Positions 1 to 8,187 of a DNA stretch of 32,000 bases are shown here, in pieces. Source of the DNA: Haloarchaeobius sp. DYHT-AS-18 (GTDB taxonomy: Archaea > Halobacteriota > Halobacteria > Halobacteriales > Natrialbaceae). How positions within the stretch are numbered: position 1 is the stretch's first letter; every line of letters starts with the position of its first letter. Both the position numbers and the translations under genes were made by a program. The stretch is from contig NZ_JBPJZD010000003.1 of assembly GCF_051207375.1 (NCBI RefSeq), positions 525,612-557,611 on the forward strand, given 5' to 3'. Under the pieces are notes generated by a model. It searched no databases, had not been told where the DNA came from, and saw only the letters and a list, made by a program, of their open reading frames with translations.

Positions 1-1740
1 CGCGACGGCGAGTACGACAAGTCCGCGAGCATCGAACTCGACTTCGAGCCCGACCTCGCGGTGGAGCGGACGGTCGACGGGGCCGACGCCGAGATTCCGG
101 TCCGCTCGGTCTGGCTGAACCTGCAGGACGAGTTATCCAACTACGACCCGCAGTACGTCTACAACGAGACGGGTGTCGGCGAAGACACGCACCAGCGCAT
201 CGCCCGCGAGTTCGCCGAGGCCGAGCGCGCGAAGATCATCCACGGGAAGGGCGTCAACGACTGGTACCACAACGACCTCGGGAACCGGGCGCTCCAGTTG
301 CTCGTCACCCTCACCGGCAACCTCGGTCGGCAGGGCACCGGCCTCGACCACTACGTCGGCCAGGAGAAGATCTGGACTATCCACGGCTGGAAGAAGCTCT
401 CGTTCCCGACCGGGAACGTCCGTGGCGTCCCGACGACGCTGTGGACGTACTACCACGCCGGCATCATGGAGAACACCGACGAGGACACCCGGGCGAAGAT
501 ACAGGAGTCACTGGATAAGGGCTGGATGCCGCTCTACCCCGAGAAGCGCGATGACGGGTCCAGACCCGACCCGACGACCATGTTCGTCTGGCGGGGGAAC
601 TACTTCAACCAGTCCAAGGGGAACGTCGCCGTCGAGGAGACGCTGTGGCCCAAACTCGACCTCGTCGTCGACATCAACTTCCGCATGGACTCGACCGCGA
701 TGAACGCGGACATCGTCCTCCCGACCGCGAGCCACTACGAGAAACACGACCTCTCGATGACGGACATGCACACCTACGTGCACCCGTTCACGCCGGCGGT
801 CGAACCCCTGGGCGAGTCCAAGACTGACTGGCAGATCTTCCGCGAGCTCGCCGCGAAGATTCAGGAGGTCGCCCGTGACCGCGGCATCGAACCCGTGCAG
901 GACCGGAAGTTCGACCGCGAGATCGACCTCACGACCATCTACGACGACTACGTTCGCGACTGGCTCGACGACGAGGAAGGTGCTCTCGAAGAGGACCGGG
1001 CGGCCTGCGAGTTCGTCCTCGAACACTCCGAGGAGTCCAATCCACACGACAGCGACGAACAGATAACCTTCGCCGACACGGTCGAACAGCCACAGCGGCT
1101 GAAGGCCGCCGGCGACCACTGGACCTCCGACATCGAGGAAGGCGAGGCCTACACGCCGTGGAAGCGCTTCGTGCAGGACAAGGAGCCGTGGCCGACGTTC
1201 ACCGGCCGCCAGCAGTACTACATCGACCACGACTGGTTCATCGAGCTTGGTGAGCAGCTGCCCACGCACAAGGGACCGGTCGCCGAGCAGGACCGCGAGG
1301 AGTACCCGCTGAAGTACAACACGCCCCACGGTCGGTGGTCCATCCACTCGACGTGGCGCGACTCCGAGAAGATGTTGCGCCTGCAGCGCGGCGAGCCGCT
1401 GGTCTACCTGCACCCCGAGGACATGGACGAACGCGGCATCGAGGACGGCGACACGGTCGTCGTCCACAACGACCTCGCCGAGGTCGAGGTCCAGGCGAAG
1501 GAGTACCCGAGCAGCCAGCGCGGCACCGCCCGGATGTACTTCGCCTGGGAGCAGTTCCAGTTCCCCGACCGGGACAACTTCAACTCGCTCGTGCCGATGT
1601 ACATGAAACCGACCCAGCTCGTCCAGTACCCCGAGGACTCGGGTGAACACCTCTACTTCTTCCCCAACTACTGGGGGCCGACCGGGGTGAACTCGGACGT
1701 CCGCGTCGACGTCCGGAAGAAGGGAGGTGATGACGGATGA
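1..1740 (+). CDS. narG: Respiratory nitrate reductase catalytic (molybdopterin) alpha subunit, C-terminal ~580 codons; 5' end outside window
   Basis: Frame 1 is open from base 1; the track start at 61 is an internal GTG. The sequence looks like the C-terminal part of a DMSO-reductase-family type II enzyme. It is followed by a 4Fe-4S beta subunit, an EbdC-like subunit and a TorD/NarJ chaperone. ATGA overlap with the next gene. Confidence 0.85.
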   Translation, partial: RDGEYDKSASIELDFEPDLAVERTVDGADAEIPVRSVWLNLQDELSNYDPQYVYNETGVGEDTHQRIAREFAEAERAKIIHGKGVNDWYHNDLGNRALQLLVTLTGNLGRQGTGLDHYVGQEKIWTIHGWKKLSFPTGNVRGVPTTLWTYYHAGIMENTDEDTRAKIQESLDKGWMPLYPEKRDDGSRPDPTTMFVWRGNYFNQSKGNVAVEETLWPKLDLVVDINFRMDSTAMNADIVLPTASHYEKHDLSMTDMHTYVHPFTPAVEPLGESKTDWQIFRELAAKIQEVARDRGIEPVQDRKFDREIDLTTIYDDYVRDWLDDEEGALEEDRAACEFVLEHSEESNPHDSDEQITFADTVEQPQRLKAAGDHWTSDIEEGEAYTPWKRFVQDKEPWPTFTGRQQYYIDHDWFIELGEQLPTHKGPVAEQDREEYPLKYNTPHGRWSIHSTWRDSEKMLRLQRGEPLVYLHPEDMDERGIEDGDTVVVHNDLAEVEVQAKEYPSSQRGTARMYFAWEQFQFPDRDNFNSLVPMYMKPTQLVQYPEDSGEHLYFFPNYWGPTGVNSDVRVDVRKKGGDDG

Positions 1741-2792
1741 GCAGCCAGTCCGACGACGGGGTGAACCTCGCCGACGGCGTCGACCACCAGGTCGCGATGG
1801 TGATGGACCTGAACAAGTGCATCGGCTGCCAGACCTGCACGGTCGCGTGCAAGTCGCTCTGGACCGAGGGCGGCGGCCGCGACTACATGTACTGGAACAA
1901 CGTCGAGACCCGCCCCGGCAAGGGCTACCCGAAGAACTGGGAGGAGAAAGGCGGCGGCTGGAAATCCAGCGAGCATAACGAGCGCAACCCCGGCGAGATT
2001 CCCGAACAGGAGGACTACGGCCACCACTGGGAGTTCAACCACGAGGCCATCATGTACGACGGGAGCGACGAGCCCCTTCGCCCCCAGGGCGACCCCGAGT
2101 GGGGGCCGAACTGGGACGAGGACCAGGGGGCCGGCGAGTACCCCAACTCGTACTACTTCTATCTCCCGCGTATCTGCAACCACTGCACGCACCCCTCCTG
2201 TGTCGAGGCCTGCCCGCGCAAGGCCATCTACAAGCGCGAGGAGGACGGCATCGTGCTGGTCGACCAGGAGCGCTGCCGGGGCTACCGCTACTGCGTGGAG
2301 GGCTGTCCGTACAAGAAGGTGTACTACAACGCGGTCAAGAAGACCTCCGAGAAGTGCATCTTCTGCTACCCGCGGCTCGAAGGCGAGGGGCCGAACGGGG
2401 AGACGTTCAAACCGGCCTGCGCAGAGGAGTGTCCGCCACAGCTCCGGCTCGTGGGGTTCCTCGACGACGAGGAGGGCCCCATCCACAAGCTGGTGAACGA
2501 GTACGAGGTCGCGCTGCCCCTGCACCCCGAGTACCAGACCGACCCGAACGTCTACTACATCCCGCCCTACGCGCCGCCACAGCACTCCGAGGACGGCGAG
2601 ACCGTCGACGTGGACCGCATCCCCAGAACCTACCTCGAGGAGCTGTTCGGCGAGCGAGTCCACGACGCGCTCGACACCATCGAACGCGAGCGCGACAAGG
2701 TGAACCGCGGCGGCGAGAGCGAACTCCTCTCGATGCTCACCGACGAGAATCCGGCCCAGAAGTACCGCATGGAGGTGTTCGACGATGACTGA
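1737..2792 (+). CDS. narH: Nitrate reductase beta (iron-sulfur) subunit
   Basis: 351 aa with several ferredoxin-type Cys clusters (CIGCQTCTVACK, CNHCTHPSCVEACP, CRGYRYCVEGCP, CIFC). ATGA overlap with narG. Confidence 0.9.
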   Translation: MSSQSDDGVNLADGVDHQVAMVMDLNKCIGCQTCTVACKSLWTEGGGRDYMYWNNVETRPGKGYPKNWEEKGGGWKSSEHNERNPGEIPEQEDYGHHWEFNHEAIMYDGSDEPLRPQGDPEWGPNWDEDQGAGEYPNSYYFYLPRICNHCTHPSCVEACPRKAIYKREEDGIVLVDQERCRGYRYCVEGCPYKKVYYNAVKKTSEKCIFCYPRLEGEGPNGETFKPACAEECPPQLRLVGFLDDEEGPIHKLVNEYEVALPLHPEYQTDPNVYYIPPYAPPQHSEDGETVDVDRIPRTYLEELFGERVHDALDTIERERDKVNRGGESELLSMLTDENPAQKYRMEVFDDD

Positions 2793-3639
2793 GCGAACGG
2801 AGACGGGGAGCGGGAGACGGGCCGACCGTGAGACCAGACAGACCATCGCGGTCACGCTGGCGCTGACGGCGCTGGTGGTCGCGTCGGCCCTGCTGGTGCC
2901 GATGCTCGCCAGTGCCCGCCCGGCCCACCAGATTCCCGTCCACGAGCCGGTGGGCGAGACGAGCGCCGCGAGCCCGGACGCGGCCGCCTGGGGTGACGCA
3001 CCCCCCGTCGAGGTCCCGATGACCAGCGCCCCGAGTGGCGTCCCAAACGCCGATACGACCTCGGTCGAGGAGGTCACCGTCCAGGCGATCCAGACGGATG
3101 AACGGTTCTACGTCCGCCTGTCGTGGGCCGACGGAACCGCAGACCGGAACGCGAGCAGCCCCCGGGAGTTCGCCGACGCGCTCGCGGTCCAGGTCCCGGT
3201 GAACCAGAGCGCCCGCCCGCCCATCTCCATGGGCAGCACGCGCAACCCGGTCAACGTCTGGTACTGGAGTTCGCCCAGCGGGGCAGAGGAGCTACTGGCC
3301 GGTGGTCCCGCCACGACCACCGAGTTCGAACAACCCGCGGTGAACGTCTCGACCAGCTACGAGGACGGCCACTGGCGGGTCGTGTTGGCCCGCGACCTGC
3401 AGGCCACCGGCCAGAACCGGACGGTCGTCCCGACGGACGAGGACATGGACGTCGCCTTCGCGGTCTGGAACGGCTCCGAGATGGAGCGCTCCGGCCGGAA
3501 ATCCGTCAGCGAGTGGTACCACTTCGCGCTGGGTCCAGGCCCGCAAGGCCCACCGTACGAGACGCTGCTGTGGTCGGTCGCTGGCGTCTCCATCGTCGGG
3601 GTGGCGGTCGCGACCGTGACGGCGATGCGACGAACCTGA
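2785..3639 (+). CDS. EbdC/DdhC/SerC-like haem-b subunit (ethylbenzene-dehydrogenase gamma-like domain) with N- and C-terminal hydrophobic segments
   Basis: 284 aa. The region ERFYVRLSWADGTADRN...ALAVQVP...MGSTRNPVNVWYWS resembles the EB_dh gamma-subunit fold of type II DMSO reductases. Hydrophobic segments lie at residues ~20-45 and ~255-280. 8-nt overlap with narH. Confidence 0.7.
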   Translation: MTERTETGSGRRADRETRQTIAVTLALTALVVASALLVPMLASARPAHQIPVHEPVGETSAASPDAAAWGDAPPVEVPMTSAPSGVPNADTTSVEEVTVQAIQTDERFYVRLSWADGTADRNASSPREFADALAVQVPVNQSARPPISMGSTRNPVNVWYWSSPSGAEELLAGGPATTTEFEQPAVNVSTSYEDGHWRVVLARDLQATGQNRTVVPTDEDMDVAFAVWNGSEMERSGRKSVSEWYHFALGPGPQGPPYETLLWSVAGVSIVGVAVATVTAMRRT

Positions 3640-3648
3640 GGTGAGCTG

Positions 3649-4422
3649 ATGCAAGAACAACCCGATACCACGCGAGACGACGAGGAATCGACCGCAGGGA
3701 CGACGAGTGACGAGCCACCGATGCCGGACCAGACGGACAGGGAGGCCGCGGCCCGCGGCGCACTGTACGGGCTGTGTGCGACCCTGTTCCGCGAACCGAG
3801 CGCGTCGGTCCACGAGCGACTGGCCAGTGGCGAGGTCACCGAGACCGGTGCCGAACTGGTCGCGGTCTCGGGACTGGATATCGACCCGCCGGACCTCGGG
3901 ACCGACGACGACCACGACACGCTCTGTGCCCGCTACAACGACCTGTTCACGGTCGGCTACGCGGAGTACGAGGACCGGACCGACGGGTCGCTCGATTCGC
4001 AGGGGCCGCCCGTGTCGCTGTACGAGTCACGCTATCGTTCGGAGGTGTCCTGGAACGACGTGAACCTGGACCTCGCCCGGGCCTACGAGTACTTCGGCGT
4101 CGAGGTGAACCAGGAGACGCGCGACAACCACGACTTCCTGCCCTACCTGCTGGAGTTCGCGGGCTACCTCGCCCGGCAGGAGGCAGTCGCAGCCGACGAC
4201 GAGGGTCGCGACCTCGCCAGGGCCCGCCTCGACTTCCTCGACCGACACCTCAGGGTGACGGTCCCGGGAGTCGCCGAATCGATGGCAGCGCAGTCCGGGA
4301 CCGGTCTCTACGGGGTGCTCGCCGACTTCTGTGACCGGCTCTCCCGGGCCGACCAGCAGGCGCTCGCCGCGCGCTTCGAGGGAACGCCCCCGGCTGAGGA
4401 CCAGCGAGGTGACGACCCGTGA
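3649..4422 (+). CDS. narJ: TorD/NarJ-family redox-enzyme maturation chaperone
   Basis: 257 aa. The ALYGLCATLFREPSASVHERL region is TorD-like. Sits after narGH. A GGTGA Shine-Dalgarno-like element lies 5 nt upstream of the ATG. Confidence 0.75.
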   Translation: MQEQPDTTRDDEESTAGTTSDEPPMPDQTDREAAARGALYGLCATLFREPSASVHERLASGEVTETGAELVAVSGLDIDPPDLGTDDDHDTLCARYNDLFTVGYAEYEDRTDGSLDSQGPPVSLYESRYRSEVSWNDVNLDLARAYEYFGVEVNQETRDNHDFLPYLLEFAGYLARQEAVAADDEGRDLARARLDFLDRHLRVTVPGVAESMAAQSGTGLYGVLADFCDRLSRADQQALAARFEGTPPAEDQRGDDP

Positions 4423-5327
4423 GCAGTTCGACGTTCGACCACTGGAGTACCCGGACGCGCGGCGCGGTCGCGACCGTGGTAGACGGCCTCCCCGTCACCA
4501 CCCGGACCGCAGCTGCACTGCTCGCGGTCGTCCCCGCGACCGCCGTGTTCGTCCTCAGGCTGGCGGTGAACGCCTCGCTCCAGGGGCCGGTAGTCGACGC
4601 CTCCCTGTTGCGGCCGGTGCTGTTCGCGGCGCTCCTTGGGCCCGCACTCGCGGCACTCGTCCTCGGCGCGAGTACGGCTTCGACCTCGCCTGCCGAGCGC
4701 GTCGGCCTGACGTTCGTCGGCGTATTCGGCGTCCTCGCCGGACTCTCCCCGGCGGCGTGGCTGCCGGCTGCGGGGGCGGTCCTCGGCGGTGGTTCGCTCG
4801 CCGTCGCGGCCCGGATCCACGAGGCGAACCGGCAGGTCACCCCGCTGGGACTCGTTTCGAGTACCGTCGTGCTGCTCGGTATTGCACTCTCACTGGCGGC
4901 CTCCTCGGGCGTCGCAACTACCCTCCGAACCACGGGCACGACCGTGGCACTGCTGGGAATCGCCCTGGCACCGGCGTTCGCCGGACGGAGCCTCTCGTGG
5001 CCGGACCTCGGTGCCGGCGCACTGGCCGCGGTGGCGGTGTACCAGGCCGCGACGAGTGCGCCCTTCGTCGCCGGAGCCGCGCTGCTCGTCGGGAGCAACG
5101 TCGTCGGCGGGTCCGTGGTGCTGGTCGCGCTGGCGGCCGGCGGCGGCGTCGCCGCGACCGTGGCAGGTGTGAGAACCGGGCGCTGGCCGGTCGCCCTGGG
5201 AGCCGTCCTGTTGCTTGTCTCGGGCGTCCCGGCGACGCTGCCCGGAGCAGTCGGGGCGGTGGTCGCGCTCGCACTGCTCGTCGCCGATGGCGGTGCCGGT
5301 ACCGAGACTCGAGGTGGTCTCGCGTGA
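4419..5327 (+). CDS. Polytopic Ala/Gly/Leu/Val-rich membrane protein, unknown function
   Basis: 302 aa with about 8 hydrophobic segments. GTG start overlaps the narJ stop (GTGA), and its own stop overlaps the next start (GTGA). Confidence 0.65.
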   Translation: MSSSTFDHWSTRTRGAVATVVDGLPVTTRTAAALLAVVPATAVFVLRLAVNASLQGPVVDASLLRPVLFAALLGPALAALVLGASTASTSPAERVGLTFVGVFGVLAGLSPAAWLPAAGAVLGGGSLAVAARIHEANRQVTPLGLVSSTVVLLGIALSLAASSGVATTLRTTGTTVALLGIALAPAFAGRSLSWPDLGAGALAAVAVYQAATSAPFVAGAALLVGSNVVGGSVVLVALAAGGGVAATVAGVRTGRWPVALGAVLLLVSGVPATLPGAVGAVVALALLVADGGAGTETRGGLA

Positions 5328-6160
5328 GAGACGAGGAGGAGGCCACCGACGGGCCGCCGGACCCGCAACTCCACCCCGAGAACAGTCCCGGCTTCGGCGA
5401 GGAACCGGTCGGGCTAGAGGATATCGAGGTCTCCCGCGAGGACGTGACCATCGGGGAGGCCGACCCGGCCGAACTCGCGGCCAGCGACACGGAACCCGTC
5501 GAGGACGCGGCCGAGCACGACCTGCTCGCCACCCTCGCGGGCGACGACCCCATCGAGCGCCGCCGAGCCGCGCTCGCGCTGGCCGAACGCGACCCGAGTG
5601 ACGCCGCAATCGAGGGGCTGGCGGCGGCCGCGGCCACCGACGACGAGCCCGAGGTCCGCCAGTTCGCGGTCGAGGCCCTCGGGAAACTCGGCGGTGACAT
5701 CGCCGCGCAGACGGCCCGCAAACTGCTGGAAGACCCCGAGCCGTGGGTGCGCGCGGAGGCACTGGTCTCGCTGGACCGGCTGGACCGTGAGAGCCACGAG
5801 GAGGCGATCGAAGGCGCACTGGACGACGAGCACCACGCAGTCCGCCGGAACGCCGCCATCTCACTGTTCAAACTCCGCGGCGAGGCCGCGAAGGACCTGC
5901 TGCTCGCCCAGACCGACGACGAGAGCGAGCGCGTTCGCGAGTGGGCAGCACACCTGCTCGCGGGCGTGGACGACGACGACGCCAGGGAGCGCCTCGCAGC
6001 ACTGGCGGATTCGGACGACAGCGACATCGTTTGCCGAACCGCGGCCAGGGCGTACGAGGCCGACCCCGGGGCGTTCCGCCGGCAGTTCAGCGGTGCGCTC
6101 GACGAGGTTGACACGACCCTCCCCGGCGAGGACCGCCTGAACCGCCGGCCCGACCTGTGA
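5324..6160 (+). CDS. HEAT-repeat (PBS-lyase-like) protein
   Basis: Repeated ~31-aa units of the form D(P/E)xxxVRxxAxxALgxl. I chose the GTG at 5324 because it overlaps the upstream stop. The track ORF from 4331 carries an Arg-rich out-of-context N-terminal extension. Confidence 0.75.
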   Translation: MRDEEEATDGPPDPQLHPENSPGFGEEPVGLEDIEVSREDVTIGEADPAELAASDTEPVEDAAEHDLLATLAGDDPIERRRAALALAERDPSDAAIEGLAAAAATDDEPEVRQFAVEALGKLGGDIAAQTARKLLEDPEPWVRAEALVSLDRLDRESHEEAIEGALDDEHHAVRRNAAISLFKLRGEAAKDLLLAQTDDESERVREWAAHLLAGVDDDDARERLAALADSDDSDIVCRTAARAYEADPGAFRRQFSGALDEVDTTLPGEDRLNRRPDL

Positions 6161-7467
6161 CCATGCACGAGACAGACAACCAGACGGACGAGGACGAGGA
6201 CGAGGGAGTGGACGAACAGCCAGACCTGCAAGCGCGCGTCGAAGCCGCACTCCGGCAGGTCCGCGACCCCGAGGCCGGCGTGAACGTGTTCGAGGCGGGC
6301 CTGGTCGAGAACCTCGTGGTCGACGGGGGGAGCGCGACCGTCGAGGCGGACCTCTCTGACTTCGACCCGGCCGGCGAGCAGCAGGTGGTCGGGGCGGTCC
6401 TGCAGGCGGTCCGATCCGTCCCCGGAATCGAGTCGGCCCACGTCGAACCGGTAGCTCCGACGCCGGATTCGGACGTGGACCGCGACAGCGGGACGGCCGC
6501 CTTCGACACCGTCATCGCGGTCGCCAGCGCGAAGGGCGGCGTCGGCAAGTCGACCGTCTCGACGATGCTGGCCTGCGCACTCGCCGGTGACCAGGCGGTC
6601 GGCCTGTTCGATGCGGACGTGCACGGGCCGAACGTCCCGACCCTGCTCGACATCGCGGGCCCCATCCACTCCGACGACGACGGGCACCCATTACCCGTCG
6701 AGGTGCCCGGGGAGGGCACCCTCGAAGCCATGAGCATCGGGTTGATGGAGCAGGGCGCACCACTCGGCTGGCGCGGCGCGATGGCACACGACGCCGTGAC
6801 GGAACTGTTCGAGGACACGGCCTGGTCGAACACGGACACGCTGGTGCTCGACCTCCCGCCGGGAACCGGCGACGTGGTGCTGACGACGCTGCAGGAGGTC
6901 CACGTCGACGGCGTGGTCGTCGTGACGACGCCGTTCCCGTCGGCGGTCGAGGACACCGCGAGGAGCGTCGAGCTGTTCCGGGACAACGACGTGCCGGTTC
7001 TCGGGACCGTCGTCAACATGGGCGGGTTCACCTGCCCGTCCTGTGGCGACACCCACGACCTCTTCCCGGACGGCTCGCCAATGGACGACCTCCAGACGAC
7101 GACGCTGGCGGAACTCCCGTTCGCCACCGAGTTGCAGGAGCCGCCGGTCCCGGGAGCCGTGCCCGAGGTGGTCGAGCCACTGGGTGACGCGGTCACCGAG
7201 GCCGCCCAGACCACCTGGGACGTCGGCGCGCCCGAGTCGGCGGTCGATATCCGCGGGCTCCCGCCACAGGACCGCAAGCAGGAAGTCCGCGAGGCGTTCG
7301 CTGACCTCGAGTCTGGCGACCCCTTCGTGGTCGTCAGCGACCGGGACCCCTCACCCATCCGGGCGTTCCTCGCCGAACTCGCCGGTGCGAAACCGTCGGC
7401 GTTCGACCCGTTCACCGTCAAGCGGGCCACCCCACACGACTGGCTCTTGCGGACGACCAGGCCATGA
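6157..7467 (+). CDS. apbC: Mrp/NBP35/ApbC-type Fe-S cluster carrier ATPase with N-terminal DUF59-like and C-terminal DUF2249-like domains
   Basis: Deviant Walker A (VASAKGGVGKST) and CPSCG Fe-S ligand motif. N-terminus LRQVRDPEAGVNVFEAGLV is DUF59-like. The C-terminal ~75 aa (VDIRGLPPQDRKQEVREAFADLESGDPFVVVSDRDPSPI) aligns with the standalone DUF2249 gene at 13909-14142. The start could instead be ATG 6163. Confidence 0.8.
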   Translation: MTMHETDNQTDEDEDEGVDEQPDLQARVEAALRQVRDPEAGVNVFEAGLVENLVVDGGSATVEADLSDFDPAGEQQVVGAVLQAVRSVPGIESAHVEPVAPTPDSDVDRDSGTAAFDTVIAVASAKGGVGKSTVSTMLACALAGDQAVGLFDADVHGPNVPTLLDIAGPIHSDDDGHPLPVEVPGEGTLEAMSIGLMEQGAPLGWRGAMAHDAVTELFEDTAWSNTDTLVLDLPPGTGDVVLTTLQEVHVDGVVVVTTPFPSAVEDTARSVELFRDNDVPVLGTVVNMGGFTCPSCGDTHDLFPDGSPMDDLQTTTLAELPFATELQEPPVPGAVPEVVEPLGDAVTEAAQTTWDVGAPESAVDIRGLPPQDRKQEVREAFADLESGDPFVVVSDRDPSPIRAFLAELAGAKPSAFDPFTVKRATPHDWLLRTTRP

Positions 7468-8156
7468 CGGGCGACCGGGAGACGTCGGTGCTGCCAGCTT
7501 CTTCCCTCACGGGCGTCGTCCTCGCGGGTGGGACCAGCACGCGGTTCGGACCGACTCCGAAAGCGACGGCGACGCTCGACGGACGGCCCCTGGTGGACCG
7601 GGTCGTCCGCCGGCTCTGGCGGGCGACCGGGCGACCGCCGGTGGTCGCGGCTCGCAGTGCAGCGAAACGCGAGCTGGTCACCGAGGCCGTCTCCGAACCG
7701 GTCCGGTTCACCCCCGATGCGGACTGGTGTGGCGGCCCGGTTGCCGGTCTCGCCGGGTCGCTGGATGCGGTCGAGACCGACCGCGTGTTCGTCTGTGGCT
7801 GTGATATGCCCCTGCTCTCGCCCGCGGCGGTTTCCTGGCAGGCGGCCCGGTTGCAGACGACCGAAGCGAACGCGGTGGTTCCCATGGACGTCGAGGGGCA
7901 GCCACAGCTCCTCCACGGGGTATTCGACCGTGACGCGCTCGCGTCGCTGTTCGAGACGCGCCCCGACGACGACCGGCTCCGGGTCGTGCTCGACCGGCTG
8001 ACCGTCGACCGGGTTCCACAGCACGAGGCACCCCAGAACATCCCCCTCGCCCGGTCGACGGTGAACGTCAACACCCGGGGCGACCTACGTTCGATACCGA
8101 CGATGGAAGCCGCGGTCGGTCACGGCCCCGACCCGGGCGAACACGTTCGGAACTAA
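7464..8156 (+). CDS. mobA: Molybdenum cofactor guanylyltransferase
   Basis: 230 aa. N-terminal GVVLAGGTSTRFG nucleotidyl-transferase motif and a GCDMP motif. ATGA overlap with the mrp gene. Confidence 0.8.
   Translation: MTGDRETSVLPASSLTGVVLAGGTSTRFGPTPKATATLDGRPLVDRVVRRLWRATGRPPVVAARSAAKRELVTEAVSEPVRFTPDADWCGGPVAGLAGSLDAVETDRVFVCGCDMPLLSPAAVSWQAARLQTTEANAVVPMDVEGQPQLLHGVFDRDALASLFETRPDDDRLRVVLDRLTVDRVPQHEAPQNIPLARSTVNVNTRGDLRSIPTMEAAVGHGPDPGEHVRN
8138..8149. promoter_or_regulatory. Palindromic operator CGAACACGTTCG (site 1)
   Basis: Lies inside the last codons of mobA. Centre is 44.5 nt upstream of ATG 8188. The 16-mer GGCGAACACGTTCGGA is identical to site 8. Confidence 0.7.
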
Positions 8157-8187
8157 ATCGAGGGGACCCGCGGTCCTCTATCCACGT

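Noticed and set aside
1668-3077. Long antisense or alternative-frame ORFs throughout the window, e.g. 1668-3077(-), 508-1650(-), 4250-5374(-), 4918-6687(-), 6087-8024(-), 9955-11364(+), 11790-13085(+), 15918-17351(-), 23602-25842(-), 26547-27395(-), 28984-30756(+).
   Set aside because: They overlap well-supported genes on the opposite strand or in another frame. Their composition is Arg/Pro/Gly/Ala/Ser-rich, as expected from stop-codon depletion in high-GC DNA, and they carry no recognisable motifs.
4331-5323. N-terminal ~330 codons of the 609-aa track ORF 4331-6160.
   Set aside because: This part is extremely Arg-rich and overlaps the membrane-protein frame. The HEAT repeats begin only after the GTG at 5324, which overlaps the upstream stop.
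6281-6292. Operator-like TGAACGTGTTCG inside the mrp coding region.
   Set aside because: It encodes the conserved DUF59-like peptide VNVFEAG and has an imperfect half-site. No start codon lies at the characteristic distance. Probably coincidental.
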